IMG/VR virus record: IMGVR_UViG_3300045918_000348
Coordinates: 1-57,271 of that record
Length of the DNA stretch: 57,271 bases
Origin: a virus
Reading direction: 5' to 3' (one strand)
Shown here piece after piece: positions 1 to 7,052 of the stretch. Numbering within the stretch: position 1 is the first letter of the stretch; every line of letters begins with the position of its first letter. The position numbers and the translations under genes were made by a program. The notes under the pieces were generated by a model, which saw only the letters and a program-made list of their open reading frames with translations, did not search any database and was not told the DNA's origin.

Positions 1-127
1 GGTTACCTGCAAGGTTCATGCCAATAGGTTACCTGCAAGGTTCATGCCAATAGGTTACCTGCAAGGTTCATGCCAATAGGTTACCTGCAAGGTTCATGCC
101 AATAGGTTACCTGCAAGGTTCATGCCA
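1..127. repeat. Left terminal repeat: 4.9 tandem copies of the 26-bp unit GGTTACCTGCAAGGTTCATGCCAATA; identical to 57145..57271
   Basis: Direct reading: units at 1, 27, 53, 79 and a truncated one at 105. The same 127 nt end the window. Confidence 0.95.
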
Positions 128-149
128 TCTTTATTTTTCTTTTCTCCCC

Positions 150-195
150 TGCAAGATTAATGTTTCCCATTAGTCAACCGATAAGATAGTATAAT
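150..195 (+). promoter_or_regulatory. Early promoter-like module E1 (AACCGATAAG box 176..185, TATAAT 190..195)
   Basis: Box plus -10-like hexamer 22 nt upstream of the ATG at 217. The same architecture recurs at four other sites. Confidence 0.5.
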
Positions 196-216
196 AATTA
201 ACAAAGGGGCTTTAAA

Positions 217-399
217 ATGAATAGCACAAGAGTTTTAAGATTAGTTGAACAGATTGAATATATGACTAATATGATGTTTCACGAGTTTTCACCAGAATTG
301 CACGCAAAAATGATTCTAGTACTGGACCGCAAAGCTAAGGCATCATTTCTTATTAATACGCTTACTAAAATTATAGACGATTTAGAGGCTACAAAATGA
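217..399 (+). CDS. hypothetical protein (60 aa)
   Basis: ORF with AAAGGGG SD-like sequence upstream; first gene after module E1. Confidence 0.6.
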   Translation: MNSTRVLRLVEQIEYMTNMMFHEFSPELHAKMILVLDRKAKASFLINTLTKIIDDLEATK

Positions 400-485
400 C
401 AAGACGTAACTTTACTATTGACAATGTGGCTCCCTTCATGATATTATTAGTTGTGGCCACTTTGTGGTTTACTTTATACGCTTAA
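396..485 (+). CDS. putative 29-aa membrane peptide
   Basis: ATGA overlap with the stop of 217..399. Hydrophobic core FMILLVVATLWFTLY. Below the length threshold of the ORF track. Confidence 0.3.
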   Translation: MTRRNFTIDNVAPFMILLVVATLWFTLYA

Positions 486-1132
486 CTTTGAGGCGGCATC
501 AAGTCTGCTTCAAAGTCTAAACCCTTCGGATTGGTCTTATTCCAACGTCTAATAACTTCAACCATATGGTGAATAATGTCGTGAATAATCTTTAGACTCC
601 TTCTATGGGGTTTAGGCAGTCGCTTTACAATGGCCCGCATTGGCACACCCTCAGCGTGCATCTTAATTGCCATCATATATATAGGTTTACTAGGCTTATA
701 TTGCTTAACGTGAGTCAACCAATTAGTCAATCGTCTATAATAAGTCTGTTTTTCAGTAGTAAAGCCTTTCGCAATGGCTGATAGGGACTTACAATTCATT
801 AGAGGCGAGAAGTCTTTGGCTTGCGAGTTCCATCGCTCAATATCTTCAAAGCCTTTAGACTTGAGTTTTGCGTACCATTGAGCCTGCAAGCTATACATTT
901 CAGCGCTTAATAACTTGATTGGAGCCTTTGAGGCTGCCTTTGGAGCCTTTGAGGCTGCCTTTGGAGCCTTTGAGGCTGCCTTTGGAGCCTTTGAGGCTGC
1001 CTTTGTGACTACTTTATGGTGTTTTCGTTTTAGTTTGATACGTTTGAGGGACTTTTTAGGTTTACTTTTAGGTTGATTGTGTGGAGGGATGTGGAACTGA
1101 ATTGGCCTTTTGGCCTGCATTACAAGTGTCAT
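482..1132 (-). CDS. Lys/Ala/Pro-rich repeat protein (histone H1-like AASKAPK x4) with a possible C-terminal HTH
   Basis: 216-aa ORF and the only minus-strand gene in the left arm. Basic N-terminus with 4 perfect heptad repeats. The C-terminal segment MAIKMHAEGVPMRAIVKRL looks like an HTH. Confidence 0.65.
   Translation of the reverse strand: MTLVMQAKRPIQFHIPPHNQPKSKPKKSLKRIKLKRKHHKVVTKAASKAPKAASKAPKAASKAPKAASKAPIKLLSAEMYSLQAQWYAKLKSKGFEDIERWNSQAKDFSPLMNCKSLSAIAKGFTTEKQTYYRRLTNWLTHVKQYKPSKPIYMMAIKMHAEGVPMRAIVKRLPKPHRRSLKIIHDIIHHMVEVIRRWNKTNPKGLDFEADLMPPQS
921..1004. repeat. 4 perfect tandem copies of the 21-bp unit GGAGCCTTTGAGGCTGCCTTT (encodes AASKAPK on the minus strand)
   Basis: Direct reading: units at 921, 942, 963 and 984. 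Confidence 0.95.
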
Positions 1133-1225
1133 AGCTGTTATACCTCATGATGGCTCGTTTACTTATGGTTAATCTATTATGGCCCATTTTAAGCCAATTG
1201 TCAAGCATAATTATTTTTAATTGAC

Positions 1226-1265
1226 CCTTAAGTTTCCTCCTAATCAACCGATAAGTCTATTGTAA
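1226..1265 (+). promoter_or_regulatory. Early promoter-like module E2 (CCTTAAGTTT ... AACCGATAAG 1246..1255 ... -10-like TATTGT/TTGTAA)
   Basis: Shares the conserved boxes of E1 and E3-E5. Lies about 26 nt upstream of an SD-ATG at 1291. Confidence 0.45.
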
Positions 1266-1290
1266 GTTAACATATCAAGGAGGTTCTCAA

Positions 1291-1383
1291 ATGACATACT
1301 ATATAGCATTTACAATAATCGTGGGCTCAATATGCTACATTTTGGCCGCATTTAGTTCCCTTTACGTATTGAGTCACTTATAA
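1291..1383 (+). CDS. putative 30-aa membrane peptide
   Basis: Strong SD (AAGGAGGT) 7 nt upstream. Hydrophobic sequence MTYYIAFTIIVGSICYILAAFSSLYVLSHL. Confidence 0.4.
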   Translation: MTYYIAFTIIVGSICYILAAFSSLYVLSHL

Positions 1384-1406
1384 GTGCTTTGAAGTTAGCA
1401 TTTTTG

Positions 1407-1430
1407 CCAGTTGGCCCCAAAAAATTTTAA
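1407..1430 (+). promoter_or_regulatory. CCAGTKGGCCC box plus A/T palindrome (copy a of 8)
   Basis: CCAGTTGGCCCCAAAAAATTTT. A 70-nt block containing it is duplicated at 2818..2890. Confidence 0.5.
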
Positions 1431-1447
1431 AAATAATTCGCTAGGGG

Positions 1448-1488
1448 CCTTAAGTTTTATTGAGCTGCAACCGATGAGATATTATAAG
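1448..1488 (+). promoter_or_regulatory. Early promoter-like module E3 (TTGAGC 1460..1465, 17-nt spacer containing AACCGATGAG, TATAAG 1483..1488)
   Basis: Sigma70-like spacing (17 nt). Near-identical to E5. Confidence 0.5.
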
Positions 1489-1520
1489 ATAAGTTGACAC
1501 TAACAACAAGGATTTATAAA

Positions 1521-1745
1521 ATGAAGGCAGTTTTTAAAATAAATAAATGCGGCCCTACAATGCGCATCAATGGCACAAAATTAATAAGTTACTCATGGCA
1601 TAATTTTAATACACCATTGGGCAAAGACCATGCGACTTATCAAAAGCAACGTTGGGAACGCTTCGTTAAATTATGCTGCAAACATATTACTAATTTTGCA
1701 ATAATAAAAAATGATAAATGTGTTTTTTTAAAAGGAAAGGTATAA
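1521..1745 (+). CDS. hypothetical protein (74 aa from the ATG; the track ORF starts at TTG 1494)
   Basis: The ATG at 1521 follows module E3. The start is uncertain. Confidence 0.55.
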   Translation: MKAVFKINKCGPTMRINGTKLISYSWHNFNTPLGKDHATYQKQRWERFVKLCCKHITNFAIIKNDKCVFLKGKV

Positions 1746-1746
1746 A

Positions 1747-2007
1747 ATGAGACATACTAAAGGTCCGTGGAAGGTAGATAAATCGTTTGGTATATTGGAA
1801 GTTTGCTCTGATTCATATGGCATTGCAAAAATAGATGATAATTGTGGAAAAGAATTAGCCAATGCTCAACTAATTGCATGTGCTCCAGAATTATTAGAGG
1901 CACTAGAAGAGTGTTTAAATCATTTTAATTATGCAGAGGAGAGAGCCTCACGAGAATATGCGGAAGAGGTTCAAAAACTTATAAATAAAGCAAAGGGAGG
2001 TTTATAA
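1747..2007 (+). CDS. hypothetical protein with Ead/Ea22-like motifs (TKGPW ... ANAQLIACAPELLEALEE)
   Basis: The GPW and NAxLIAxAPELLEAL motifs recur in small phage early proteins, recalled from memory. Tightly packed after the previous gene. Confidence 0.65.
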   Translation: MRHTKGPWKVDKSFGILEVCSDSYGIAKIDDNCGKELANAQLIACAPELLEALEECLNHFNYAEERASREYAEEVQKLINKAKGGL

Positions 2008-2208
2008 ATGACAAATTTATATCAATCAAGTTATACTATAAGTTATAAAACAGGTTATATTTATAGGACCACTATACAAGGCCACGAAATCATTAGAGTA
2101 CAAGTTGATGGTCATGCTTATTTATTACAAATAAAGTCGATTCACGCGGCCAAAATTATGATTAGTAGACACACTGCTAAGTTAACCAATAAGGAGTTTC
2201 TCAAGTGA
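2008..2208 (+). CDS. hypothetical protein (66 aa)
   Basis: The ATG follows GGAGG directly after the preceding stop. Confidence 0.55.
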   Translation: MTNLYQSSYTISYKTGYIYRTTIQGHEIIRVQVDGHAYLLQIKSIHAAKIMISRHTAKLTNKEFLK

Positions 2209-2384
2209 CTTACATATATTTAAATGCCATTACTAAGCTTCATTCAAGTGTCATCTATTATGAGGACATAATGAAATATTGCGGACCAATTGAGGTCAAA
2301 GCTTATCGTCTCAGAATGATGCGCCACTTGGCCCTTATTAATAAAATAAAAAAACGTATGGCCCTTAAGTTTTCAACAAAGTAA
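2205..2384 (+). CDS. putative 59-aa protein (GTG start)
   Basis: GTGA overlap with the previous stop, with an AAGGAG SD upstream. The ORF runs into module E4. Confidence 0.35.
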   Translation: MTYIYLNAITKLHSSVIYYEDIMKYCGPIEVKAYRLRMMRHLALINKIKKRMALKFSTK

Positions 2385-2402
2385 CCGATAAGTATATTAT
2401 AA
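2363..2402 (+). promoter_or_regulatory. Early promoter-like module E4 (CCTTAAGTTT, TAACCGATAAG 2382..2392, TTATAA 2397..2402)
   Basis: Same boxes as E1-E5; 26 nt upstream of the ATG at 2428. Confidence 0.45.
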
Positions 2403-2427
2403 GTTAACCCTAACAGGAGGTTCTCAA

Positions 2428-2808
2428 ATGCTAAACTACTATATAAATACAAGTCCAGAAATGGGGCGCGGGTTATATGCAGCTCAAGACTTACAGCAAA
2501 ATCGAATTCTATTCACTGCAGAATTATTAGTGTTATCTGAAAATGATACCATTAAAGTTAATGAGACGGACCTAAAATGGTACACTTTTAAGTATACTGA
2601 TAAGCAAGATTGCCTTGTGTTAGGCGATGGTGAGATTTTCAACCATTCAGATATGCCCAATGTCGGTTACCGTTTGATTGACTATGATGACAGACAAGTA
2701 ATGGCCTTTTATTTATTAAGGGACGTGTCTACGGGCTCCCAATTATTTATTGATTATGGGGCAGACATTGCAGTTGATACTTCAAAGTATACTGTAAATA
2801 TGTTTTAA
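2428..2808 (+). CDS. minimal SET-domain protein (putative protein lysine methyltransferase), 126 aa
   Basis: GRGLYA near the N-terminus, FNHSDMPNV (compare NHSCxPN) and QLFIDYG (compare ELxFDY). The size is typical of a stand-alone SET core. Confidence 0.75.
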   Translation: MLNYYINTSPEMGRGLYAAQDLQQNRILFTAELLVLSENDTIKVNETDLKWYTFKYTDKQDCLVLGDGEIFNHSDMPNVGYRLIDYDDRQVMAFYLLRDVSTGSQLFIDYGADIAVDTSKYTVNMF

Positions 2809-2821
2809 GGTTACATTATTG

Positions 2822-2845
2822 CCAGTTGGCCCCAAAAAATTTTAA
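2822..2845 (+). promoter_or_regulatory. CCAGTKGGCCC box (copy b)
   Basis: Identical to copy a; part of the duplicated block. Confidence 0.5.
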
Positions 2846-2862
2846 AAATAATTCGCTAGGGG

Positions 2863-2903
2863 CCTTAAGTTTTATTGAGCTGCAGCCGATAAGAAGTTAT
2901 AAG
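2863..2903 (+). promoter_or_regulatory. Early promoter-like module E5 (TTGAGC 2875..2880, 17-nt spacer with AGCCGATAAG, TATAAG 2898..2903)
   Basis: Near-identical to E3; 31 nt upstream of the ATG at 2935. Confidence 0.5.
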
Positions 2904-2934
2904 ATAATTTAACCAACTAACAGGAGGTCTTCAA

Positions 2935-3828
2935 ATGTCAAAACGTATCAAAAAAGTATTCTCAAGTTCAAGTCAAGTCATTCACTTATGGGCTAACCAA
3001 AGTCAAAGTGATGCGCGTTGTCGCAATGTATTTTTTGAAGGGCTGTCAATCTATAGTTATGGTCGACACTATGAATTGGGCCGCTTCATTGATTACAACG
3101 GCCATAAAGTTGCAATGATAAATTCAAGAGGTTATTCAGTTACAACGCGGGGCCATATTTCAGATGCTTATCATGCAGTTGAAGGGTTACGTCTAAGATG
3201 CCCAACTGGTAATTTAACCGACGTTGAGGGAGCATTACTTGCTAATCAAAGTCAATTGATTGACGATATTATGGCACCTTTAAGTAGAATGAAATTTTAC
3301 TCAGAATCATATGCTAACGAGCACCTAACTTCAACTATAATGGCACATAACAATATATGTAATAAGTTGGGTCATAGTGAGTTAGCCCTTGAATTGCCTC
3401 AAGACTTAACCGATTTGATTCAGGAGCACGTAACAGAACGTATTGCTAGACAACTTAAGTTGCAAAGTCCTGAAATGTTAGCCCTACGAGCTGCCAAATT
3501 AATAAAAAAACAAGCTGATGTGATTGCAAAATGGCGTTCAAGTGATTTGTCAAGTCTAAATTATAACATTAAATTTAAGTTGCCAATCATGTTACGTATT
3601 AGAGGCGAAATGGTTGAGACCTCACAAGGTGCACAAGTACCATTGAGAGAGGCCATCATATTACTTAAAATGGTAAACTCGGGCCGTGATGTTAAGGGCT
3701 TAACAGTTGGGAGCTTTACAGTTATTAATAAAACTGATGATATCATAAAAATTGGCTGTCACACGATACCAATTAGTGAAGCTAATCACATATTGGGCGC
3801 AATATTGGAGCAAGGGGCTGCAAAATGA
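2935..3828 (+). CDS. hypothetical protein (297 aa)
   Basis: Long ORF with an AGGAGG SD. I recognised no motif with confidence. Confidence 0.75.
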   Translation: MSKRIKKVFSSSSQVIHLWANQSQSDARCRNVFFEGLSIYSYGRHYELGRFIDYNGHKVAMINSRGYSVTTRGHISDAYHAVEGLRLRCPTGNLTDVEGALLANQSQLIDDIMAPLSRMKFYSESYANEHLTSTIMAHNNICNKLGHSELALELPQDLTDLIQEHVTERIARQLKLQSPEMLALRAAKLIKKQADVIAKWRSSDLSSLNYNIKFKLPIMLRIRGEMVETSQGAQVPLREAIILLKMVNSGRDVKGLTVGSFTVINKTDDIIKIGCHTIPISEANHILGAILEQGAAK

Positions 3829-4025
3829 CAAAATATAGTTATTATGCTGATGAGTTAACCAAACTACAAGATTCGGAGTTTTATAAAACTTTAGTAATAT
3901 CTGATGGCATCGGAAATGCAACCAAACATTTAGGAGTCAACCTCGAATCAATTAAAATTTTGCAAAAATGGTTGAAACATGAAGCAAAACGTCTTAAAGT
4001 TACTTGCAAAGGGGCTTCAAAATGA
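3825..4025 (+). CDS. hypothetical protein (66 aa)
   Basis: ATGA overlap with the upstream stop. Confidence 0.55.
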   Translation: MTKYSYYADELTKLQDSEFYKTLVISDGIGNATKHLGVNLESIKILQKWLKHEAKRLKVTCKGASK

Positions 4026-4432
4026 TTGCCATTTTAGGGGCCCTTCTAATAACAACGGCCCACGGCCAAAGTCAACCGATAAATAAAGTGACTAAAGCCC
4101 TTCTCAGTGCCATTAGTCAACTTGAATCAAACAAGCAATTAGATTCAGTGCGTATAAATAAAAATGGAACGGTTGATTTGGGCCCATTCCAAATAAATTC
4201 AGTCAACTGGTCAAAGTGTGTAGGCTTAAAATTGCAATCATACCAAGGTGGTGCCGCGTGCGCAACTCGCTTGCTCAACAAACACTTGAAACGGGCTTCG
4301 CATGACCCTTGCTGGTTCGCATCGTATCATTCTAAGACACCTCAAAAGAAAATATATTACTGCAAAAAAATAAATGAGATATTGAAAAATAATGTTGAAG
4401 TTTCTTTAAAAGGTGCCGATGAGATGATATAA
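4022..4432 (+). CDS. secreted lytic transglycosylase (SLT-like)
   Basis: Signal-like N-terminus MIAILGALLITTAHG. ISQLES contains the candidate catalytic Glu and is followed by GPFQINSVNW (compare GLMQI). The start was moved to the ATG at 4022, behind AAAGGGG. Confidence 0.72.
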   Translation: MIAILGALLITTAHGQSQPINKVTKALLSAISQLESNKQLDSVRINKNGTVDLGPFQINSVNWSKCVGLKLQSYQGGAACATRLLNKHLKRASHDPCWFASYHSKTPQKKIYYCKKINEILKNNVEVSLKGADEMI

Positions 4433-4465
4433 ATTAAGTTAACCAAATAATAAGGAGGTTACCAA

Positions 4466-4672
4466 ATGACAAAAACTAAAACAGAATTAGATTACTCAAA
4501 AATAACCGATGTTGAAATTAACGGCATTGATTCTAATGATTACCCCGAATTTGCTGATGCCTACATTGCATCGGCTGATTATGATGGTAGACCAATGACA
4601 GACGAAGAATTGGACGACCTAAACAATGATTCAGAATTTGTTTATGAACAAGTTAACAAGCATTTATATTAA
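4466..4672 (+). CDS. hypothetical acidic protein (68 aa)
   Basis: AAGGAGGT SD 7 nt upstream. Confidence 0.65.
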   Translation: MTKTKTELDYSKITDVEINGIDSNDYPEFADAYIASADYDGRPMTDEELDDLNNDSEFVYEQVNKHLY

Positions 4673-4700
4673 TTAAAAACTTTAATGAGGAGGTTACCAA

Positions 4701-4949
4701 ATGATAACTACTTATATAATTGAGGGTAAAAGTGATGGTAAATTATATGGCTATTTTGGAAAACTACACCATGCAACCTATGATTTGAAAAAGATATTTA
4801 AACCAAATCAAGCCCGCATATTGATGCTTAAGGGCATAATGTTTGGGGAAGGTTTCCATCAATATCAAGTGATATACAATGGTGAAAAACTTATAAAAAG
4901 TAAAGTCGATGAAAATTTTATTAAATTTAATGAGGAGGTTACCAAATGA
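4701..4949 (+). CDS. hypothetical protein (82 aa)
   Basis: GAGGAGGT SD upstream. Confidence 0.65.
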   Translation: MITTYIIEGKSDGKLYGYFGKLHHATYDLKKIFKPNQARILMLKGIMFGEGFHQYQVIYNGEKLIKSKVDENFIKFNEEVTK

Positions 4950-5284
4950 TACACCGATTAGATAACTTAAAAGTAGATACCGTTGAGTTTTCATTTACAA
5001 TTGCTAGTGAGGACTTATCTCAAGCCCTTCGAGACCGATTGCAATTGACAGATACTAATGAACAGGATGTTGAAGTTCAAGGAGACGTTGAGCACTTTAA
5101 TGGAGACGTGATAGTGGGTGACCGATTACATTTATACTCAAAAGGCATCAATGGCAACCAATTAGTTGCTCGTTGCCATGCTGATGACATAATTGACATT
5201 GGAACATTAGCCGATGAGTTAGACGCCGCATATCCACACTCGGAATATGAGGCCGATAGGGATGACTATTATGACGAACGCTAA
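4946..5284 (+). CDS. hypothetical acidic protein (112 aa)
   Basis: ATGA overlap with the upstream stop, plus a GAGGAGGT SD. Confidence 0.65.
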   Translation: MIHRLDNLKVDTVEFSFTIASEDLSQALRDRLQLTDTNEQDVEVQGDVEHFNGDVIVGDRLHLYSKGINGNQLVARCHADDIIDIGTLADELDAAYPHSEYEADRDDYYDER

Positions 5285-5471
5285 CATCAAAACTATATTG
5301 CTGCAATTAGAGGAGCCAAAAACACGTGATGCCATTCAGCAATTGGCAAACTTAAAATTAAAAGAAAAAACAAGTTGGGTAGCAGGAGACGTTGCCTCGG
5401 CTTGGATTGAATCTGTAACAATTGAGATTATGAAAACCTATAACTTAACTTTAAAGGGGGCTGCAAAATGA
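5247..5471 (+). CDS. hypothetical protein (start uncertain; ATG candidates at 5247, 5262 and 5271)
   Basis: ORF overlapping the end of the previous gene. Confidence 0.5.
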   Translation: MRPIGMTIMTNANIKTILLQLEEPKTRDAIQQLANLKLKEKTSWVAGDVASAWIESVTIEIMKTYNLTLKGAAK

Positions 5472-5737
5472 TTAACTATTTAATGGATATAATTGCAGAA
5501 AAAATTATTCCTAGTATAATTATTATTTTTGTGTTTATTGGTGTACCATTTATAATATATATTTGTTACTGTCATTTACAGAGTCCTGTATTTACTTTAC
5601 GAAAGGATGATTGGGCATGTTCTAAAACTATTAAAGTACAATATACCACATATATTAAAAGTGGTGCAGTATTATTGCCAATAACAAACTTTAATGATGA
5701 GTGCCAGCAATATAATTTGAAGGGGGCTGCAAAATGA
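5468..5737 (+). CDS. membrane protein (89 aa, one N-terminal TM segment)
   Basis: ATGA overlap with the upstream stop. Hydrophobic stretch IIPSIIIIFVFIGVPFIIYI. Confidence 0.6.
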   Translation: MINYLMDIIAEKIIPSIIIIFVFIGVPFIIYICYCHLQSPVFTLRKDDWACSKTIKVQYTTYIKSGAVLLPITNFNDECQQYNLKGAAK

Positions 5738-5922
5738 TTGGTATACTAGGTTGCTTCATTGGTTTACTTAACATTCCGATTTTACTTTATAATAAGCCAT
5801 CGTCAGTAATGATTTTGACGATACCAATTACCATTGTAAGCTTACTTTTAATAACTATAAATAATCAACAAGCAGACATGCAGACGGAAAATAAAACAGA
5901 AAAGGAAACTCCAAATGAATAA
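5734..5922 (+). CDS. membrane protein (62 aa, two hydrophobic segments)
   Basis: ATGA overlap. The upstream context GGGGGCTGCAAAATG is identical to that of 5468. Confidence 0.55.
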   Translation: MIGILGCFIGLLNIPILLYNKPSSVMILTIPITIVSLLLITINNQQADMQTENKTEKETPNE

Positions 5923-6121
5923 AACGAACTTAAAATTGCCCGCGAATTGGTTACCTATAATTGAGCTGCATAGAGATGGGGAAACTCATTTTGAGGAGCC
6001 TAAATGGATTAATCTCGACCGCTTATATGAAATTAAAATGAAACCTAACAGTGACCTTTATACTGCAGCCTTACAAGACCGAAGTTTTATAACTTTTAGA
6101 CTTATCAAGGAGGAAACCTAA
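5915..6121 (+). CDS. hypothetical protein (68 aa)
   Basis: ORF in a tightly packed operon. Confidence 0.55.
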   Translation: MNKTNLKLPANWLPIIELHRDGETHFEEPKWINLDRLYEIKMKPNSDLYTAALQDRSFITFRLIKEET

Positions 6122-6123
6122 AA

Positions 6124-6402
6124 ATGGGAAAAATTAAAGACTTAACAATTGATAATGATATAACTGAAAATTCAGAAAGTGATTTAATGAGTCATTTGTA
6201 TGGTTTGCCAACTGACGATGATTTTTGGAAAACATATCACGAAGCGAAGGAACAAATAAATAAACTTTATAGCGGTACTATGCCATTGATTGATAATTAT
6301 ACAGACCATTTATATGAAACTGACCCCGCCGAGTACGAACGTCAAAAGGAAGCCCTCATTAAAAGCTCACGCTTATATGACCCAAATAAAGATAAGTTAT
6401 AG
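6124..6402 (+). CDS. hypothetical acidic protein (92 aa)
   Basis: AAGGAGG SD upstream. Confidence 0.6.
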   Translation: MGKIKDLTIDNDITENSESDLMSHLYGLPTDDDFWKTYHEAKEQINKLYSGTMPLIDNYTDHLYETDPAEYERQKEALIKSSRLYDPNKDKL

Positions 6403-6465
6403 TATACATAAGAAAAACTTATATTGATTGAAATGAAACTTAACAAAAAACAAGGAGCATCTAAA

Positions 6466-6726
6466 ATGACAAAAGGTAACCTAATAATGGAACATTTGAA
6501 CGATGATTTAATTTTGCTTGTTGAGGCCCCAATGGCCCAATTGAGGGCTCAAGAAGTATACACACAAGCAGCCTTCAAATTGCTCGACGAGGAGTTAGAA
6601 TTGAAACGTCGTGGTTTTTTGGTTACTTATATTGCACCCGATGCGGCTGCCCTTCTCACAGAGCAAGTCATAGTTAAGGAAGACATTGAGGCGCTACTTA
6701 AGCCATACACACAGGCAATCCACTAA
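6466..6726 (+). CDS. hypothetical protein (86 aa from the ATG at 6466)
   Basis: CAAGGAGC SD 8 nt upstream of 6466. The track ORF begins earlier, at 6424. Confidence 0.55.
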   Translation: MTKGNLIMEHLNDDLILLVEAPMAQLRAQEVYTQAAFKLLDEELELKRRGFLVTYIAPDAAALLTEQVIVKEDIEALLKPYTQAIH

Positions 6727-6907
6727 TGAAACTCAAAATGCTCAAATCAATTATAATGGTATATGAACCTACAATCAATAAGTTAGCTACACCACTTTTG
6801 TCAAAACTTTCCCAAAAAACACAATGTGTGTGTCGTGAAGACACAGAGCATATTTTCAAATTTCCATTTTCCCTAATGATTTCAAGGAGCCTATTTTTGA
6901 CCCACTT

Positions 6908-6998
6908 CCTCTTTATTTACTTATTATATATTTTTAAAAAATACAGCAGACACAGAAGCAATGTTTTATGGGAAAGTTTTCAGCACCATAGACTTGCA
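6908..6998 (+). promoter_or_regulatory. 91-bp regulatory cassette, copy A (inverted partner at 55851..55941)
   Basis: The first 35 nt are identical to the reverse complement of the partner, a further 23 nt are identical (TGTTTTATGGGAAAGTTTTCAGC), and a GACACAG site lies between them. Sits upstream of the replication operon. Confidence 0.7.
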
Positions 6999-7052
6999 AA
7001 TTAAAATGATTCGTGATACATTAACAATGACTGCAATTTAAGGAGCCAAAAA

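Noticed and set aside
1-127. The 26-bp terminal repeats as a CRISPR array.
   Set aside because: The units are contiguous with no spacers, and there are no cas genes.
6726-7004. 92-aa ORF in the gap upstream of the helicase gene.
   Set aside because: It covers the 91-bp regulatory cassette. The partner copy is covered by ORF 55784..55999 in a different reading frame, so the conservation is at DNA level. There is no SD, and the sequence is AT-rich and low-complexity.
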